Assembly: GCA_977862235.1 (NCBI GenBank)
Contig: OZ374562.1
Span: 1,364,001-1,428,000 of the forward strand
Direction: 5' to 3'
From: Dudresnaya verticillata
Taxonomy: Eukaryota
DNA: 64,000 bases
Each line of letters opens with the position of its first letter. Within the stretch, counting starts at the first letter, position 1. The notes below the pieces were generated by a model. That model did not search any database and was not told the DNA's origin. It was given only the letters and a program-made list of their open reading frames with translations. Positions 50,303 through 63,051 of this stretch are shown here, piece by piece. Made by a program: the position numbers and the translations under genes.

Positions 50303-52960
50303 TGAAGGATATCGGGCTGTTGCTGCATGTGAGAGAGCATGCTCCTACACCGCGAAGTAGTCGTCCTTTCAGATATCGAGGTCTTGCTGTGAGAATAATG
50401 TAGTCCCTGTTAGCGATACGTTCTGAAAATATTTATGGAGGTGTGCTCGCTACATCAACATCCTGGACTTGAACTGTGCGAAAAGTATTTTCTCTCCATG
50501 TCATTGGATACTGAAATTCCATAAGAGCCGCGAAATAATCCGTGAGGGATCCTAGGGGTACTCCAAGACCAAGCTGGCCGATCCGGAAGACCACTGTAGC
50601 TGGTATGGAATCTCTAACGTGTCTAAGGCTTCCTTGTTGGTCATCTTGACGACGGAAGGAACGAAGGAGATCCATATGATTTTACTGTCTAGAGGGTCCG
50701 TAAGGCCTTCTCTGGAATGTATGGTGCGAACTGCCGACAAGTAGTGATCCACATATCTCCCGTGGATACGATCTTCCTCGAAAAGTAATCCAGCATAGGA
50801 GAGGAAGGTTCCCACTTCGGCCGGTAGAGAGATTAATGTCCATTGCGATCACAGAAGCTCTCAAACGTTTTCCACTGACTCTTCTTTGTTCTATCTGTTG
50901 ATGGGGCAATACAGTGGCGTGCTATACGGACAGTTGCCCGTCCTGCGGCAGTTGAATGCACGAGAGTGGAGATTCGTAGTAGCAGAGCTTGTCTGGCCGT
51001 CTCCCTACTTCTGCCAATAACAAGCCCCAAGAGGGGTGTGCCCTCGCGGAAGTGAATAGTTGATGGCCCGGTTCGGGGCCTATTACTCGACTACTGCGTA
51101 AGAGCTGAAGCAACAATGTAAAACCAGGAGTTCCGGTCCAGTTGGACACCACCATCACGCCGTGAGCTCCTTCTTCGTAAATCTTGAGAAGCGTTGCCGA
51201 GCTCCAAGGGGGGTGTTAGTTCCACAAGCGACTCTTCCCGTCACCCCAGTGTTCGGCAAACTACGCGAGCATGACCTTGCGACGAGCGGACGGTGTCTCG
51301 CCTAGTGGCCAGAAACGCCGCACGACTGGTAACTAGAGCGAATTGGCGACGGACGGCAGCAATGCGGCATCGCTGCGAGGTCCTTCGGGTTCCAGGTTCG
51401 GCTCAAGCTGTCTGTGTGCTTGTTGAGAGCCGAGGGGAACCACTTGGCGCGGATAGTCACTTTCAACTGCACAAGAACTTGGTGTAGGAGACGGAGTTCG
51501 TCCATGAGCGCGGGGTTGCTGGAGTCCATGTTCGAGACAATTTGGAAGACAGCCATGTTGTATACATGGAGGAGGAGTAAAGATTGTTCCCCTGTGAGGC
51601 GGGCCTGTATCATTGAGTTTTTAAGGCCATCTGCACTGGGACCAGTTCGCGAACGGTAATATATTTTAGTCTGAGGAACGGAGACCATATTCTCTGCACT
51701 TCGATTTCTCCTGGAGACCCAGCTTCCATATCGCTTCCTAACGTTGCGCCGTATCCGAAATCTGCCGGATCGGTGTGCAGAAACCAAGAAGGCTCCCGAC
51801 CGCCGATTAATAGACCATCGCTTGCAATCATAGTCGCCCAGGATTGCAGATCTCGTACAGCAGCATGCCTTACCCGGACAGTTCGTTCTGGGTAGCGTCT
51901 GCGCCTGGGTTTGCAATCCCTTAAGGCATCGTACAAACTTCGAGTAAAGAATTGTTCCAAAGGAAGTGGGATGAGTTGCGAGACTGCAAAACCACAGATC
52001 ATTGTCAGAACATTTTCACGTACCCAACGACATATTTGCCGACCCATCTTGAGCAGATAATTCGCTCTTTCTTGCAGTTACAGAATTTTCGACGGTAATA
52101 AGGAGTACGTGAACGCCACGGTGTCGATGATAAGGCCTAGAGGATCTATTTCGGTCGCTGCCGTTCCCCAAACACCCTTGTTGGGGTTATTCATGAGCCC
52201 TAGGGCCTCGAAGAGCCATTCGAGACGCTCAAACCTCTGCATAATCTCCGGCTGTGCTGGCTCTGCTTGCATCGCCAGGGACAATGAGGTAGTCGTCGAG
52301 CCAAACCAGAACTCGTAGGCCCAATTCGCTGCACATGAACCGAGTCAGAGGGCTCAAGACCTTGATAAACCAAAACGGCGAGGCGGTCCATCCGAAAGGC
52401 AATACGATGCAACGATAATATGTTCCGTCTTACTTGAATAGAAACCAATCCCACATTTGAATATGTAGGGCTATGTGTCTGTATCCCAAAGACCGGTCGA
52501 AAGATAGAAGATGGTATCCAGGACAGAGAAAGACCCAAACGAGGACAAAGTCACCATCTGAACAGATTTCTTGTCCCAATTCGTACTTTGTTCCTTGAGG
52601 TTGATTATGAAACGTGGTTTCTGGCGTTTCCATATGACAAAGGCACTTGAAATATGTCTCCAAATGTCTACTTGTTTTTGTGCGTACTCGTAACTGATCT
52701 GCTGATTCATTCCGATAGAGCACCTCTCTACTAGCTCTTTTCGCCCAAAAGAGAGGTCTTCTGGGCTCTGAGGGATCTCTGGAAGTTCCCGTCCTTTGTT
52801 TTTGTTGAACGGGCGCTGAGGGTCCAACACTCCAAACATCAGAGTGCGGATGACGAAGGCGGACGCATGAATCTGCTCCCGGTGCCGAGCTATCCATCGT
52901 GTGCCTGCCAACCTGGCTTGGTTCCACGAGGCCTGCACGGGGTATTGTACAGGTGACATT
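50303..52960 (-). mobile_element. DIRS-like retrotransposon (RT, RNase H, methyltransferase-like domain, N-terminal part of tyrosine recombinase), degenerate
   Basis: KPRFIINL, LPFGW, WLDDY; RNase H HTD...ITVREL...NMAV...DSLSR; degenerate PPW...GVMVVSNW domain; YR N-terminus STDRTKKSQWKTFESFC...YLSAVRTIH. Confidence 0.88.
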
Positions 52961-53763
52961 ATCCCTTAACACTGATCTTAAAAGCTTCAGAATTTTCCGA
53001 TTTGAACAGAATCAGAAACACCCCTTTTTCTTAAATTCATTTGACAGAGTAGAACGAGCTGAGAACAACGGTGGAAACCGCTTGCTCTAAAGCCTAGCCG
53101 TTCCGAATTTATAGTCGTCCGCACACAGCTAAATGCGCCCCTGAAATGTCCCGAATTTCCTCTGAACTTTTCTGAAATTATTTATCAGAAATTGCCCCGG
53201 GGCCCCGCCAATGCCCCGCGGCCCAGGCCCGATTTGCCCCAGTATGCCATGCGGCCCGCGTGCCAGACTTCTGCACGTTGGCATGGCTGGCCATATGTCC
53301 CAAGCACCGCAGCTCGCCTGGCCATGAGCAGCACTCGCACTTCCGCAGACGCACTGCCTCACCCTGATACCCTCACCACTGCCCCGCAGCACCCCCTTTC
53401 CAGCCCCTGCATACTGTTCTTCTATTAGCCGTACCCTCACGACGCAGTTTCGGAAGTTCACCGAAGCAGATAAGACGCAGACCGCCGCATCCGGGGTTGA
53501 CCAGCACACACTGCCAGTTCAGTGTTGACACACGCACGGGCAGCTGCCGGAATCAAGGCCTTATCAATCGGAATCCTGTACCATCGTGACGCAACGCACC
53601 CTCCTACCCGCAACAATAGTACGCAGAAAGCTGTCTATCAGAAACCCTGTAATCTGTGGTCGTGAATGCTTTGGGTCACTGAGTCAGTGTTGATACACGG
53701 ACAAGTGCACAACGGGATGACTCTAGCGGTTTGCGCGTCTGGCAGTGCATTTTACCCGAGCAC

Positions 53764-54537
53764 TGTAGTATAGCTGTCAGCACACTATCAGCAGCGGCTG
53801 TAAGGTATGCTGGCAGCGCCGCACTGTAATGGTGCACACGATGACGCCCGCTGGCGAGTCGTGGTTGGGCAGCGTGCCCTTAGTTTTTTTGTTGAATTAG
53901 TAGCGGTCGACCGCATTGCTGCCGGCAGCGGCCGCGCGCCGTGCCGCACACGGCGCGCCCCTGTGACGCTCTCCGGTATCGAGCCGTTGAGAGGGCCGCT
54001 GCCCGTTACGCCCCGCGCGCGCCCACGGGTAACCGTTACCCGGACGTGTCGACACGTGTATGGGCGCGCGCTCGCACACCTCCCGCGTTGGTGTTGTGGG
54101 CCGCACCTACTGTAGAAGTAGTTGTAGTGCACATAGTGTAGGGTATTTAAGACCGTCGGCCATCGACGGCTCAGTAAACCGGGCAAGCAACTGCTCGCGC
54201 TGAAGCTTGCCCCCAGCCTTTTCGGGTTCGATCCCTTTGCCTTACGCCAGCGGGCGGTTTCCCTTTTCCCCCTTGCCTCGCTAGGCTTTCCCCTTTCCTT
54301 TTCCTTTCCGTCGGCTTCGTGCCGTCCTTCGACAGGGACGCTGGGATCCGACCGCTGCCTACCCGCGTACGGTACGCCCCGTGCGCGCTCCGGCATCGAC
54401 GCCATCGATCCGCACCTGCGGGGTGCACGCGGCCGACACCGCTCTACCAACCCCAACAGCTACCCATCGACGGGTCTGTGTGGCGGCTTCGGACCAGCAA
54501 GTATCAGACGTCGGATCGACCCGACGTCTATACTACA
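53764..54537 (+). mobile_element. Solo LTR (774 bp)
   Basis: 10-bp inverted termini tgtagtatag...ctatactaca; 5-bp TSD agcac (53759-53763 / 54538-54542). Confidence 0.92.
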
Positions 54538-55333
54538 AGCACCATCAGGTTTGTCGGAGCAGTGGGAAAGCGTGTTGTTTTCGGAGCTTCTTTTTTGGAT
54601 TTTCTGCTGTTTTGTTCAAGTACGCATATAAGAAGAGTGTGGTGGTTGCAGCAATAGTGATTGCACTTGGGTCTGTACCCGTTATCGTTATGCAAACCAT
54701 TCCCATTGCTATAGTCGTCCAGCGGTACCCGGAGAAGCTTGGCAGCAATTTGGGAGAATTGTAAGTTGCCTTCCGTTTCCACATGCACTGCTGAGGCGTG
54801 TAGCTCTTCGCGGTCGTAACGAGTGAACAAGATTCTTACCTGATGCTCCGTGTGTTTCTTCTTTGTCATTGTTTTGTGAAATGTTTGCTCATGAACACAG
54901 GAATTTATTCTGTGTCATACCTCAACTAATAGACACACTTTACACAGGAAGGGGAGCGGAGCTTGCAGGAGAGTCAGCAGTACTTCGCGTAGCTTCAATA
55001 TGGGGCCTTTTAGCTGGAATTTATGCGGTATTGTTTTTGTAAATGTATATCAGTAAGCTCAAAAGTTACATCGACTGGTGCAGAGCGGGCATAGCGCCAG
55101 ATGCATCAACGAGTAGCGCGAACGCGAGACAAACTCATGGCACGCAGTTGGCAACGTCCACTGCAATAAAAGAGCTGCATTAATACTTCTTTATGTTATT
55201 TGTATCTACGTCAAGTTAAAACTCTACAGCGCATCTCGGCAGACCCGGTTAAATGTGGTATGTCAACTAGGTTTAGGAAGCTTTCCAGATTACCAAGGTT
55301 AAGAGTCATTGCACTTCTTCAGTCACATTTGAG

Positions 55334-56094
55334 CTATCCTGTTGAGTTAAATAGTTCTTCAGTAGCTCGCTGAACATCTTCTTGGCTGAGACGCACAGCA
55401 GAAATCGATTTCTTAAGCGAAAACCCCATCGACAGCAAGGTTTGGATGTTGCCCTCCGATAGAGCTGGCGGTCCAGGCTCTCCAGTTCCAATAGCAAGGC
55501 CGTTATGATTCATCCGCATCAGGTTGCCGCCCTCAGCATAGCGACGTCCACGGCTGTCACGCTAAAACGTCGACTGTTGGTTGGTGCGCATGAGTGGGAG
55601 TAGATAGCTCGAGCATGGGGCGACGATAAGTTGCGGAATGACAGCATGGTCTCGGATGACCATAGACTAACTCAGTCAGAGAATAGATCCACACGCGATC
55701 GTTTTCTGGATCTCCATTTTGCCAGAAGTCCTCGTTCTCAGTAGCAAGACAGCCTGGGCTTTTGTCAGAGGATACAACCATCACCATTTTGCTATGTCAC
55801 ATATCTTGTTGACTTCAGACACAACGGCTCTATCAAGTGCTCATCTATGCCCATCACGCAGCTCTCTGTACTTGAGATATCACAGTGATCATAACATCGT
55901 CATCCGAAACAGTACGACAACCCTTTCCTTTGCCAATATTCTGACGTTGGTGGCAAACATTCTACTGCATTCTGTGTTCCAGAATTACTGGTTGTTTGCA
56001 AGGCCGCGTGGGCTTCATCGATGATGACAATATAATTAGACCAGTCTATGCCCAAGGAAGCTCTCGCAGACCTGTACAAAACATGTTTGTAGCC
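55334..56094 (-). pseudogene. Degenerate gene fragments: Rad3/DDX11-like DEAH motif segment and a C-terminal UBA domain
   Basis: YKHVLYRSARASLGIDWSNYIVIIDEAH (56008-56094); IQTLLSMGFSLKKSISAVRLSQEDVQRATEELF (UBA MGF pattern, ~55345-55450). Confidence 0.55.
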
Positions 56095-56621
56095 CTACTT
56101 TCGAGATATTCATAATCAACTTTGCAAGACAGTACGAAATTGTACCCGATTTCTTTCAGTCGTTAGAAACAAGAGCGTGCGCTGAGAACAAGAGTGGAAT
56201 CCGTTTGTCAATAGCCTAAGTATTGCAGAAGTTACGGTGCACTGCACACAGTCTATACATCCCCACAAACGTTTCCGAAATTTTCCCACGTTTCCGAATT
56301 TCTGTGAAACAATGTTAACTAGATGATATAATGTTGCATTTAGGGGGGCGCCAGGGTCCCCTTTTGTGGCAAATGAGGGGTGAAAACGATATGTTGCGGG
56401 AAGGGGGGTGACAACCGCCAATGTGCAACAAGAACAGGTCCGACATAGCTCGTTTTACGAGCACCCGCACGGTGACGTCGAGAAACCTGACATGACAAAG
56501 ACAAAACTTGAAGTAATCGAGGGGTAACAAAAGGCGACATTTCCCAGTATTGAACTAGACGCGGGGCGACAAGGCAACGTTTTGTACTGAATGGGGGGTG
56601 AATTCGGTTACTTTTCGGTCA

Positions 56622-59026
56622 CTACTCTACGGTATCCCCATACAACTGCTTGAGAGAACAATCCTTCACAGTGCGGTTAGCCAGGCGACATAACGAGAAA
56701 CTGTAGAAGCGATTCTTCTTGGTTGCCGGACCTCTCTCGTACCAATTCTTCTTTCGATTTCCGACATTCCTCACAGGACGACAACACGGTGACGGCAACG
56801 CCTTCCGAATTTGCGGATTATCCTGTTTGGCCACCAGAACCTTGGCATCACACACAACATTATCTACAGATTCTTGAGAAGGGAGGTTGTACGGAACATT
56901 CTCGTACGGTTTAACCCAAGCAAATGATAGATGCCTCTCAGCAATAAACCTATGCAGATTACCCACACCATGTTTCTCAACAAGAACACCCACCCCATTC
57001 CAACACGGAAATCAGGAATCATTCGTAGAATAAGCACAGCATTTCGGTGGGCGCTGGTGCTCTTGACTCAGAGTAACGCGTCGCAGAATGTTACCATTCT
57101 TCTGACCTGCAACCGTTGCTTCCATGTCTGAAGTTCCTTCCAGAAACCCTATCGATGGCTGGTAAGCTCTTGAATGTTGAATCAAACAGGCTAGGTGTTT
57201 CTTCGTTGCAGGAGGTACCGGGGAAGAATATTCCAAGCATGCTTGTTGCTGTCGGCGAAGGAAAAGCGTCCTCTGCGAAAGAAAACCCCTCGTCAGCATC
57301 TTTTGAGGCTCAAAGGGGCGAATGCTATTCCTCAAGTCCGCGGACATTTGGTTTTCAGCACCCTGTGATGTATAAATGAGGTCTTGCAGGTTAGAATAAG
57401 CTCAATATAGATATGCATCCCGGAAGCGGCCCAGATACTGCTTTTGTTTCGTGCAAAACGGTGCTTTCAGGGCATCTACCTGCCATCTTGAGGGCGCATT
57501 TGTGGCCAGCTCATATAGTTGGATTGCGTTTGATCGCGAACCCAAATGGGCGGCCATGTTTTTCTTCACGTGAAGTGGGTCAAGAAGCAAGTTTGCCTTC
57601 TTCATCACTTCACAATAGGCACAATCGATGCACTTTTCATGATCTACTATAGTGACCCGCTTCTTGACATAAAACCCGTTGATATATGCGCAAGCTCGGA
57701 ACACTTTTCCCCAAGTCTCTTTGCTTTCCGGCCCAACGAAATGCGCAAAGGCAATGGGACAAAGTTTGTGATTTGTGTCGTACCCGATAACTTGAAAGGT
57801 AGTTCCCTAGGACTGCAAAACCACACCCTCACAATGTGCAGCATCGCGGCTGCGGTAAGTCTGCCATGTTCGCAGTACGACTTCCCAATAGACGGGACAA
57901 ATACCAATCCGCCGTATTATCGTCCTCCGTCTTCAGTGTCCGCTAAATAACTTCTTCTTCCTTGAACGAAGCATCATTCGGTTCTTCCTTGCCTTTTTCC
58001 GCTGCTCGAAGATATTCCGTGCAGCCTTCAATCGAGTTTCTCCATCTCCACGCCTCTGAATATGCAAATTTCGACCTGGTGACCAATGCTTCGGAGCATT
58101 TCAGCATACCCTTCCATGGCTGCCATGTCCACTGCCCTAGACAGGTTAAAATGACGGCGAAGCTCCCTTTGGACACTACGATACTGACTGTAGGGGGTAA
58201 CCACGCGACAACCGTTGTCGGGAGTAAATACGCTTGGCTCGAACAATCGCGGCAATCGTCTTGCACGGAATGTTTGGATCAATATGCATATATTCGAGGA
58301 TAGCTCGTCCTACTTGCTGAAGCGTGTGTGCTGGGGCACATGAAGAAGAGCCCGAAGAATTTTCATGGGACTTTCAGCAACGTGTTGACAATAGCAATGG
58401 TTCAGGTGTTCTTGGTACTTGTTCAACTTCCACAGACCCGTCCGTGGTTCCCAATCGAAGAGAAAAGTAGAAGGGCAGTCTTCTGTTCGACAATTCATCC
58501 GAACCTTCACATGCGTTTGCAGAATATTGACGCCCCGTTGCACACCGAGACACGCTGTGTGAGCTCTTATCAGCGGGTCGCATCTCCAACGCGCGTTGAG
58601 AGCCATATCAACCTTTGGTCGGACTTCTGTAACAGATCTGGGCTTCCAAGTCATCGCTGACAAGCTTTCATCCCCTGAAGCGTCCTTCGCACGAAGCATT
58701 GTTCGGCGCTTGGACTGTGGTTATTGAACTGTTCTACGCAACGTTTTGTCCGCTCCTTCTGGAATGGAGACATCAGCAGTAGGCTCGGGTTCCACCTCAT
58801 CATCTCCAAAGTCCATAGCAATGTATCCCATTAGATCAAATGAGTCTTCAATGTAGTTTTTGTCCTCATCTGAATCTTGCGAAGGGTCTTCCAACGATTC
58901 ATCCACCTCCATGTTTTCCCCAGATACAGCAGGGTCCGTTTCCTCCACTTCAACATCATCGACCACTTCTACTGCATCTCTATCACTCCCTTCTACTTCT
59001 ATTACAGGTTCAACCGTGACTATCAT
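56622..59026 (-). pseudogene. Mutator-like (MULE) transposase, disrupted
   Basis: WRKY/FAR1-type CRTEDC...WKL...HLNH; core DAAH...GYDTNHKLCPIAFAHFVGPESKETW...IVDHEK...DPLH; SWIM-like CC...PC; C-terminal knuckle remnant; several stops and frameshifts. Confidence 0.85.
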
Positions 59027-59042
59027 CTCTGGTTTCGTCTGC

Positions 59043-60005
59043 TCAGATCTCTCTTTCAGACCGTGTTAGAGGGCAAAAAAGGGGAGCCAGTTCCGTAGCC
59101 AGGGACGATAGGTGGATGAAGCGCCTATACACTCTACAGTCCATCGAAGACAGTACCGTTTGCTCGGCGATACGACCTGATGATTTTCTGAATGTCGCTG
59201 TCGCAGCCAGTAACGGCAGTTCTTCCGTCATTACACTTCCGATCGTGTCCAGAACCCTTCTGTCCTGACGGAGAACAACAGTTGTTGTTTTCTTACTCGT
59301 ACTTCCGCTTAGATGGGAAGCACCATCGAAAGCATTGGCAATTGCGGTTGCCGACGGCAATCTCCCATTGTTGGCGGCGGACATTCGATCGGCTTCGTCG
59401 CAGAGTCCTCGTAGAGTGTCTTACAGGACACTGTTAAAGGAGGCATCGTGTCTCCTGTTCTGATTCTCGCGAATTGGCGAAGGACTTCAATACCACATGC
59501 AGACTTGATTTCCAGAATGGGCCATTCGAACTTCTTCCACAGTTCATACTCCTCTCTCATGCGTTCCTGAATTTCGACAAGTCTGTGCAGACCATCCACG
59601 ACCCCGTAACAAATCCCGCGCTGCTCAGCATCCTCCTGTACCTTCTTCTCACTGCGGGAGGTTCCGTCGTCCTTCCGTTTCGCAGTGAGGTATTCCGAAA
59701 TATACTTGCGGCGGTTTCCTGTCAGTTCCACGATAACGGGCATATTAGTACCTGCCACATACCCTTTATAGTCTGGAATTTGTACTCCTTGAAGGCCAGT
59801 GGGATCATCTCCTCAGCCGGAATTGCCTTGGAACAAGCGTTTCAAGCGTTCAACGCCTGAACGGGAGAATGGTCGAATGTTCGTCAGCGATATGTATGCC
59901 GAGGATCGACAAAAATATTTGCTGATCCCCTGAGAAGTTCCAGGAACAGAACATTCGCCTGTGGAGAAGCCGTTTTGGGTATTGTGACTTCTGTTCCATG
60001 ACCAT
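59043..60005 (-). pseudogene. ParB/Sulfiredoxin-like N-terminal domain protein, disrupted and truncated
   Basis: ISLTNIRPFSRSGVERLKRLF...MPVIV...YGVVDGLHRL (DGxHR signature); in-frame stop near 59815 and frameshifts downstream. Confidence 0.65.
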
Positions 60006-62271
60006 GATCGACTTCTTTTCTTGCAGAGTTACGGCGCTTCTTCCGGTGCGGTGGCATGTCAGATCACATACTAGTCGTTGCGTTGCTCGTACTTGCAAGT
60101 ACAAAATGAAATGGGCAAGGTGGTTACTACGAGGATAGAGCGCCAACGCACAATAAATACATTATCACCCAGGTTGTATAGCACGGAGTATCCGTTCCTG
60201 TATAACGAGGGAACGTAGTTCTCTCTCTTACTCTAATATAAGTGGCAGGAAATACTTAATCCAATACGACTACTACTCCGTACAGTGCGAAACAGCCTAC
60301 CGTTTGGCAGGTCCTTGCAACCAATTACCAATCCCTGTCCTGGTGTTGTCACCCCCAGTTTCTCCACCGGAACTCCCGACACTGTACTGTTGTTATTCCA
60401 GTAGTGCTACTCTACAACCTTCATTCCGCATCTGACAGCAATCCGTCACGCTATGAGTCGGTGAGGCACGCTCTGCCAGCGTGCCAAACCAACTGTGTGC
60501 GAGCAGTGCTCGGTAAATATCGACCGTGCGACCTGAAACCTTTCCATGCCGCACCAAGCTGTATCGTCGCTATTGATGTGTTGTGCATGCAGAAGATCGC
60601 TGCGAAAAGTTTTATCTTGCCTTGTACTATTCCGATATCTGACTCCGTCGAGGATTGTTTTCCCCACTACCTACCGAGGAATGCATTCACAAACTCTTCC
60701 AATTGATCTACCGCAGCCTGTCGGTCATCTTGTGTGAAAAGTCAAGAGTGTGGATCATGGAAGTAATCGATGCCCCGAAAAAAGGACGGGTGTGTGGAAG
60801 TGACTCCGATGGATGGAACCGCTTCCTCGTTCTGAATTCCCAGAACGTATTTGCAATTCACAGACACATCTGCAACAATCTTACTACTCTGTATGAATTG
60901 ATCATGAAAAGATTCGCTTGGTGAAGTCTGGTGACTATGCTGGTAAATGCGCGCTCTACCTCGAGTCCAGCATTGCAGAGACTGTACACGGATCAGGTGA
61001 AGAGGTTTTTCATTTGGAGCGGTTCTCCCGTCTCATGCTGAGAATCTACTACCTGCAGCAGAAGGAAGGAAACAGTTTTGGTCTTTCATTCCTGCAGATG
61101 GCGCGCTTGAATGGAAGCAAGGCAAGTATCACGCATCTATTCGCAGAAGTAGGGGCTGGGAACGGGCAGGGCGACACAATCTAGGAAGAACTGGTGCAGA
61201 GTACTGAGGATGCATTGACGGCGCCCGTATCGCTAGCGTAAATCAAGTAACTCAGACGCTAATTTAGCTGCAATGACGAAGTCCTATTCCAGACGGACAG
61301 GCCTCAACCTGCGTGCCTGGTAATCGGTCCATGTTCCCCGGGTGGGATCACCTGAAACACCCATCTATAGTTGAATCATCACCATGCTAGCGAAGGACTG
61401 TAAGATGACGTGGTCCCGGTGCAGTGTCGAGGAAGCAGTCCTATTTTTGTTGCATAAATCACTCTATTCGTGACACTAATCTGCAGCATGGTGACACTTT
61501 GTCGGCCTACAAATGCCACAGTGTTGCAGTACCGGTACTGAAGGACAATTGTGAAGTCGTCCAGAGCCGCAAGTATGCTGAGGGGCGATGTAAACGTAAT
61601 TCGCTGATGACTTGGGCGGTTGCAATACCCGAGAACAGCGTGACCGTCTATGAACATTTTTCCCATCCCGTGGATGAAAATATATATACAGGCCCTAACG
61701 TATGTGTCTGTACGTGACCCAGAATAGTACCCGGAAACCGTCGCATGATACACGTCGAGACCGGAACGGAACTAGGGGTACGAGATCAGCCGCTCGCCGG
61801 CCTGGGAACAAGTACTCAGCTGTACTGTGCATAGTATCGTAGAGTGGAGCCTGAATACAAGCATCCCGCAAATTGCAGAAAGGGTTCGACAGGGCTGTGC
61901 CGCAAGGTTCGCATGAAGCGCACTGTCAAGTATCCTGTTGCTTCTGCAGTTTCACAGTTGGATTGGGGCCCAGAGAATTGACAGGACGACGATCGTAATA
62001 AGCTGATGACCGTAGTGAGAGGAAGTGTCGGAGCCGGTCAGGAGATGCCGGCTTCAAATCAGGCACAAATCCGCCTGGAGACGCTCGAGAGAGTCATGGA
62101 GAGAAACATTGAGGCGGAAATTGATCAGAAAGCAAAGGGCTGGCGCGGTCAAAGGATTGATGAGCATGGCATAGCCCTTGAAGCGTGCGAGGATGAGGAA
62201 GCATGGGACAGTTTCTGTTTCCTGAAGTGTCAGAATGAGATGCAACTGGATCGACACAGGAATAAAAGTCT

Positions 62272-62510
62272 GTGTTCCGCGAAGCGATGAGGGATAGGAC
62301 AGAATGGCCTTCAGGCATGAGTACATTAAGAGAAAACCTGTTAAAAACTACGAAACTGGACGTCGAGGTGATCATGAATCGAGGTAATGACCGTACATTG
62401 TTTAGAAAAATAGTTGAGATGTACAGAGAGTGTTTTCTGGAAGAGGCCCCAGTGAAGTTGCAGAAGTACAAAGATCTTCAAACTGTGATGGATTCGACAG
62501 AAGATAGACG
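62272..62510 (+). pseudogene. Paralogous fragment of the domain that precedes the methyltransferase at 63052-64000
   Basis: EWPSGMSTLRENLLKTTKLDVEVIMNRGND...MYR...EAPVKLQKY vs EWPPSMMVQRSNMLRSTKLDVEISINRGND...MYR...EAPQKLKKY. Confidence 0.8.
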
Positions 62511-62519
62511 TGATGACGT

Positions 62520-63051
62520 CGTCATGAGCCGCCCGCCGTCGGGCCGTTGAGTACGTGTGGACCGTGTCGCCCACGCGCGCCCCCGGGTTACCGTTACCCG
62601 TACGCGTCGACGCGTGTTGGGGCGCGCCGGCGCACCTCCCGGGTTGTTGCCGCCGCAGGCCCTGTATTATATCTAGTAGTCGCCCCTCTGGGCTTGAGTA
62701 AAACAGGCAAGCCAGCCTACGCCAGGCTTGCCCTTTCTGCTTTAGGTTTCTTTCCCAGTCCTTCTCCCTACGGCTTCCCTCTTTCCCTAGCCGTCTAGGC
62801 TTTCCTTTCCCTTTCCCTACCGTCAGCTTTGTGCCGCCCCAGGACGGGAACGCAGAGATCCGGCCGCTGCCGCCCGCGTACGGTACGCCCCGTGCGCGCT
62901 CAGGCTTCGACGCCGTTGATCCGCGACCGTCGACGGCGCGCGCGGCCGACACCACCGCTCTACCACCACCACTACCACCCTTCGACAGGTCTGGGTGCGA
63001 CTACGAGATCGGCCACGCTAGACCTCAGTTCGACCTGACGTCTATGCCACA
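62520..63051 (+). mobile_element. 5'-truncated LTR related to the solo LTR at 53764-54537
   Basis: Shared blocks taccgttaccc, gcgtacggtacgcc, gcgcgctc.ggc.tcgacgcc, cggccgacacc; ends gacgtctatgccaca. Confidence 0.8.

Noticed and set aside
52964..59071. Weak inverted similarity cccttaacac / ccctctaacac as transposon ends
   Set aside because: Requires gaps, has no TSD and is compatible with chance.
56404..60356. 12-bp inverted repeat gggggtgacaac / gttgtcaccccc as MULE TIRs around transposase + ParB
   Set aside because: Too short, does not extend convincingly and has no TSD. Worth rechecking against other copies.
60404..61240. Fragmented + strand ORFs between the ParB and MTase fragments
   Set aside because: No recognisable motifs; cannot assign a product.
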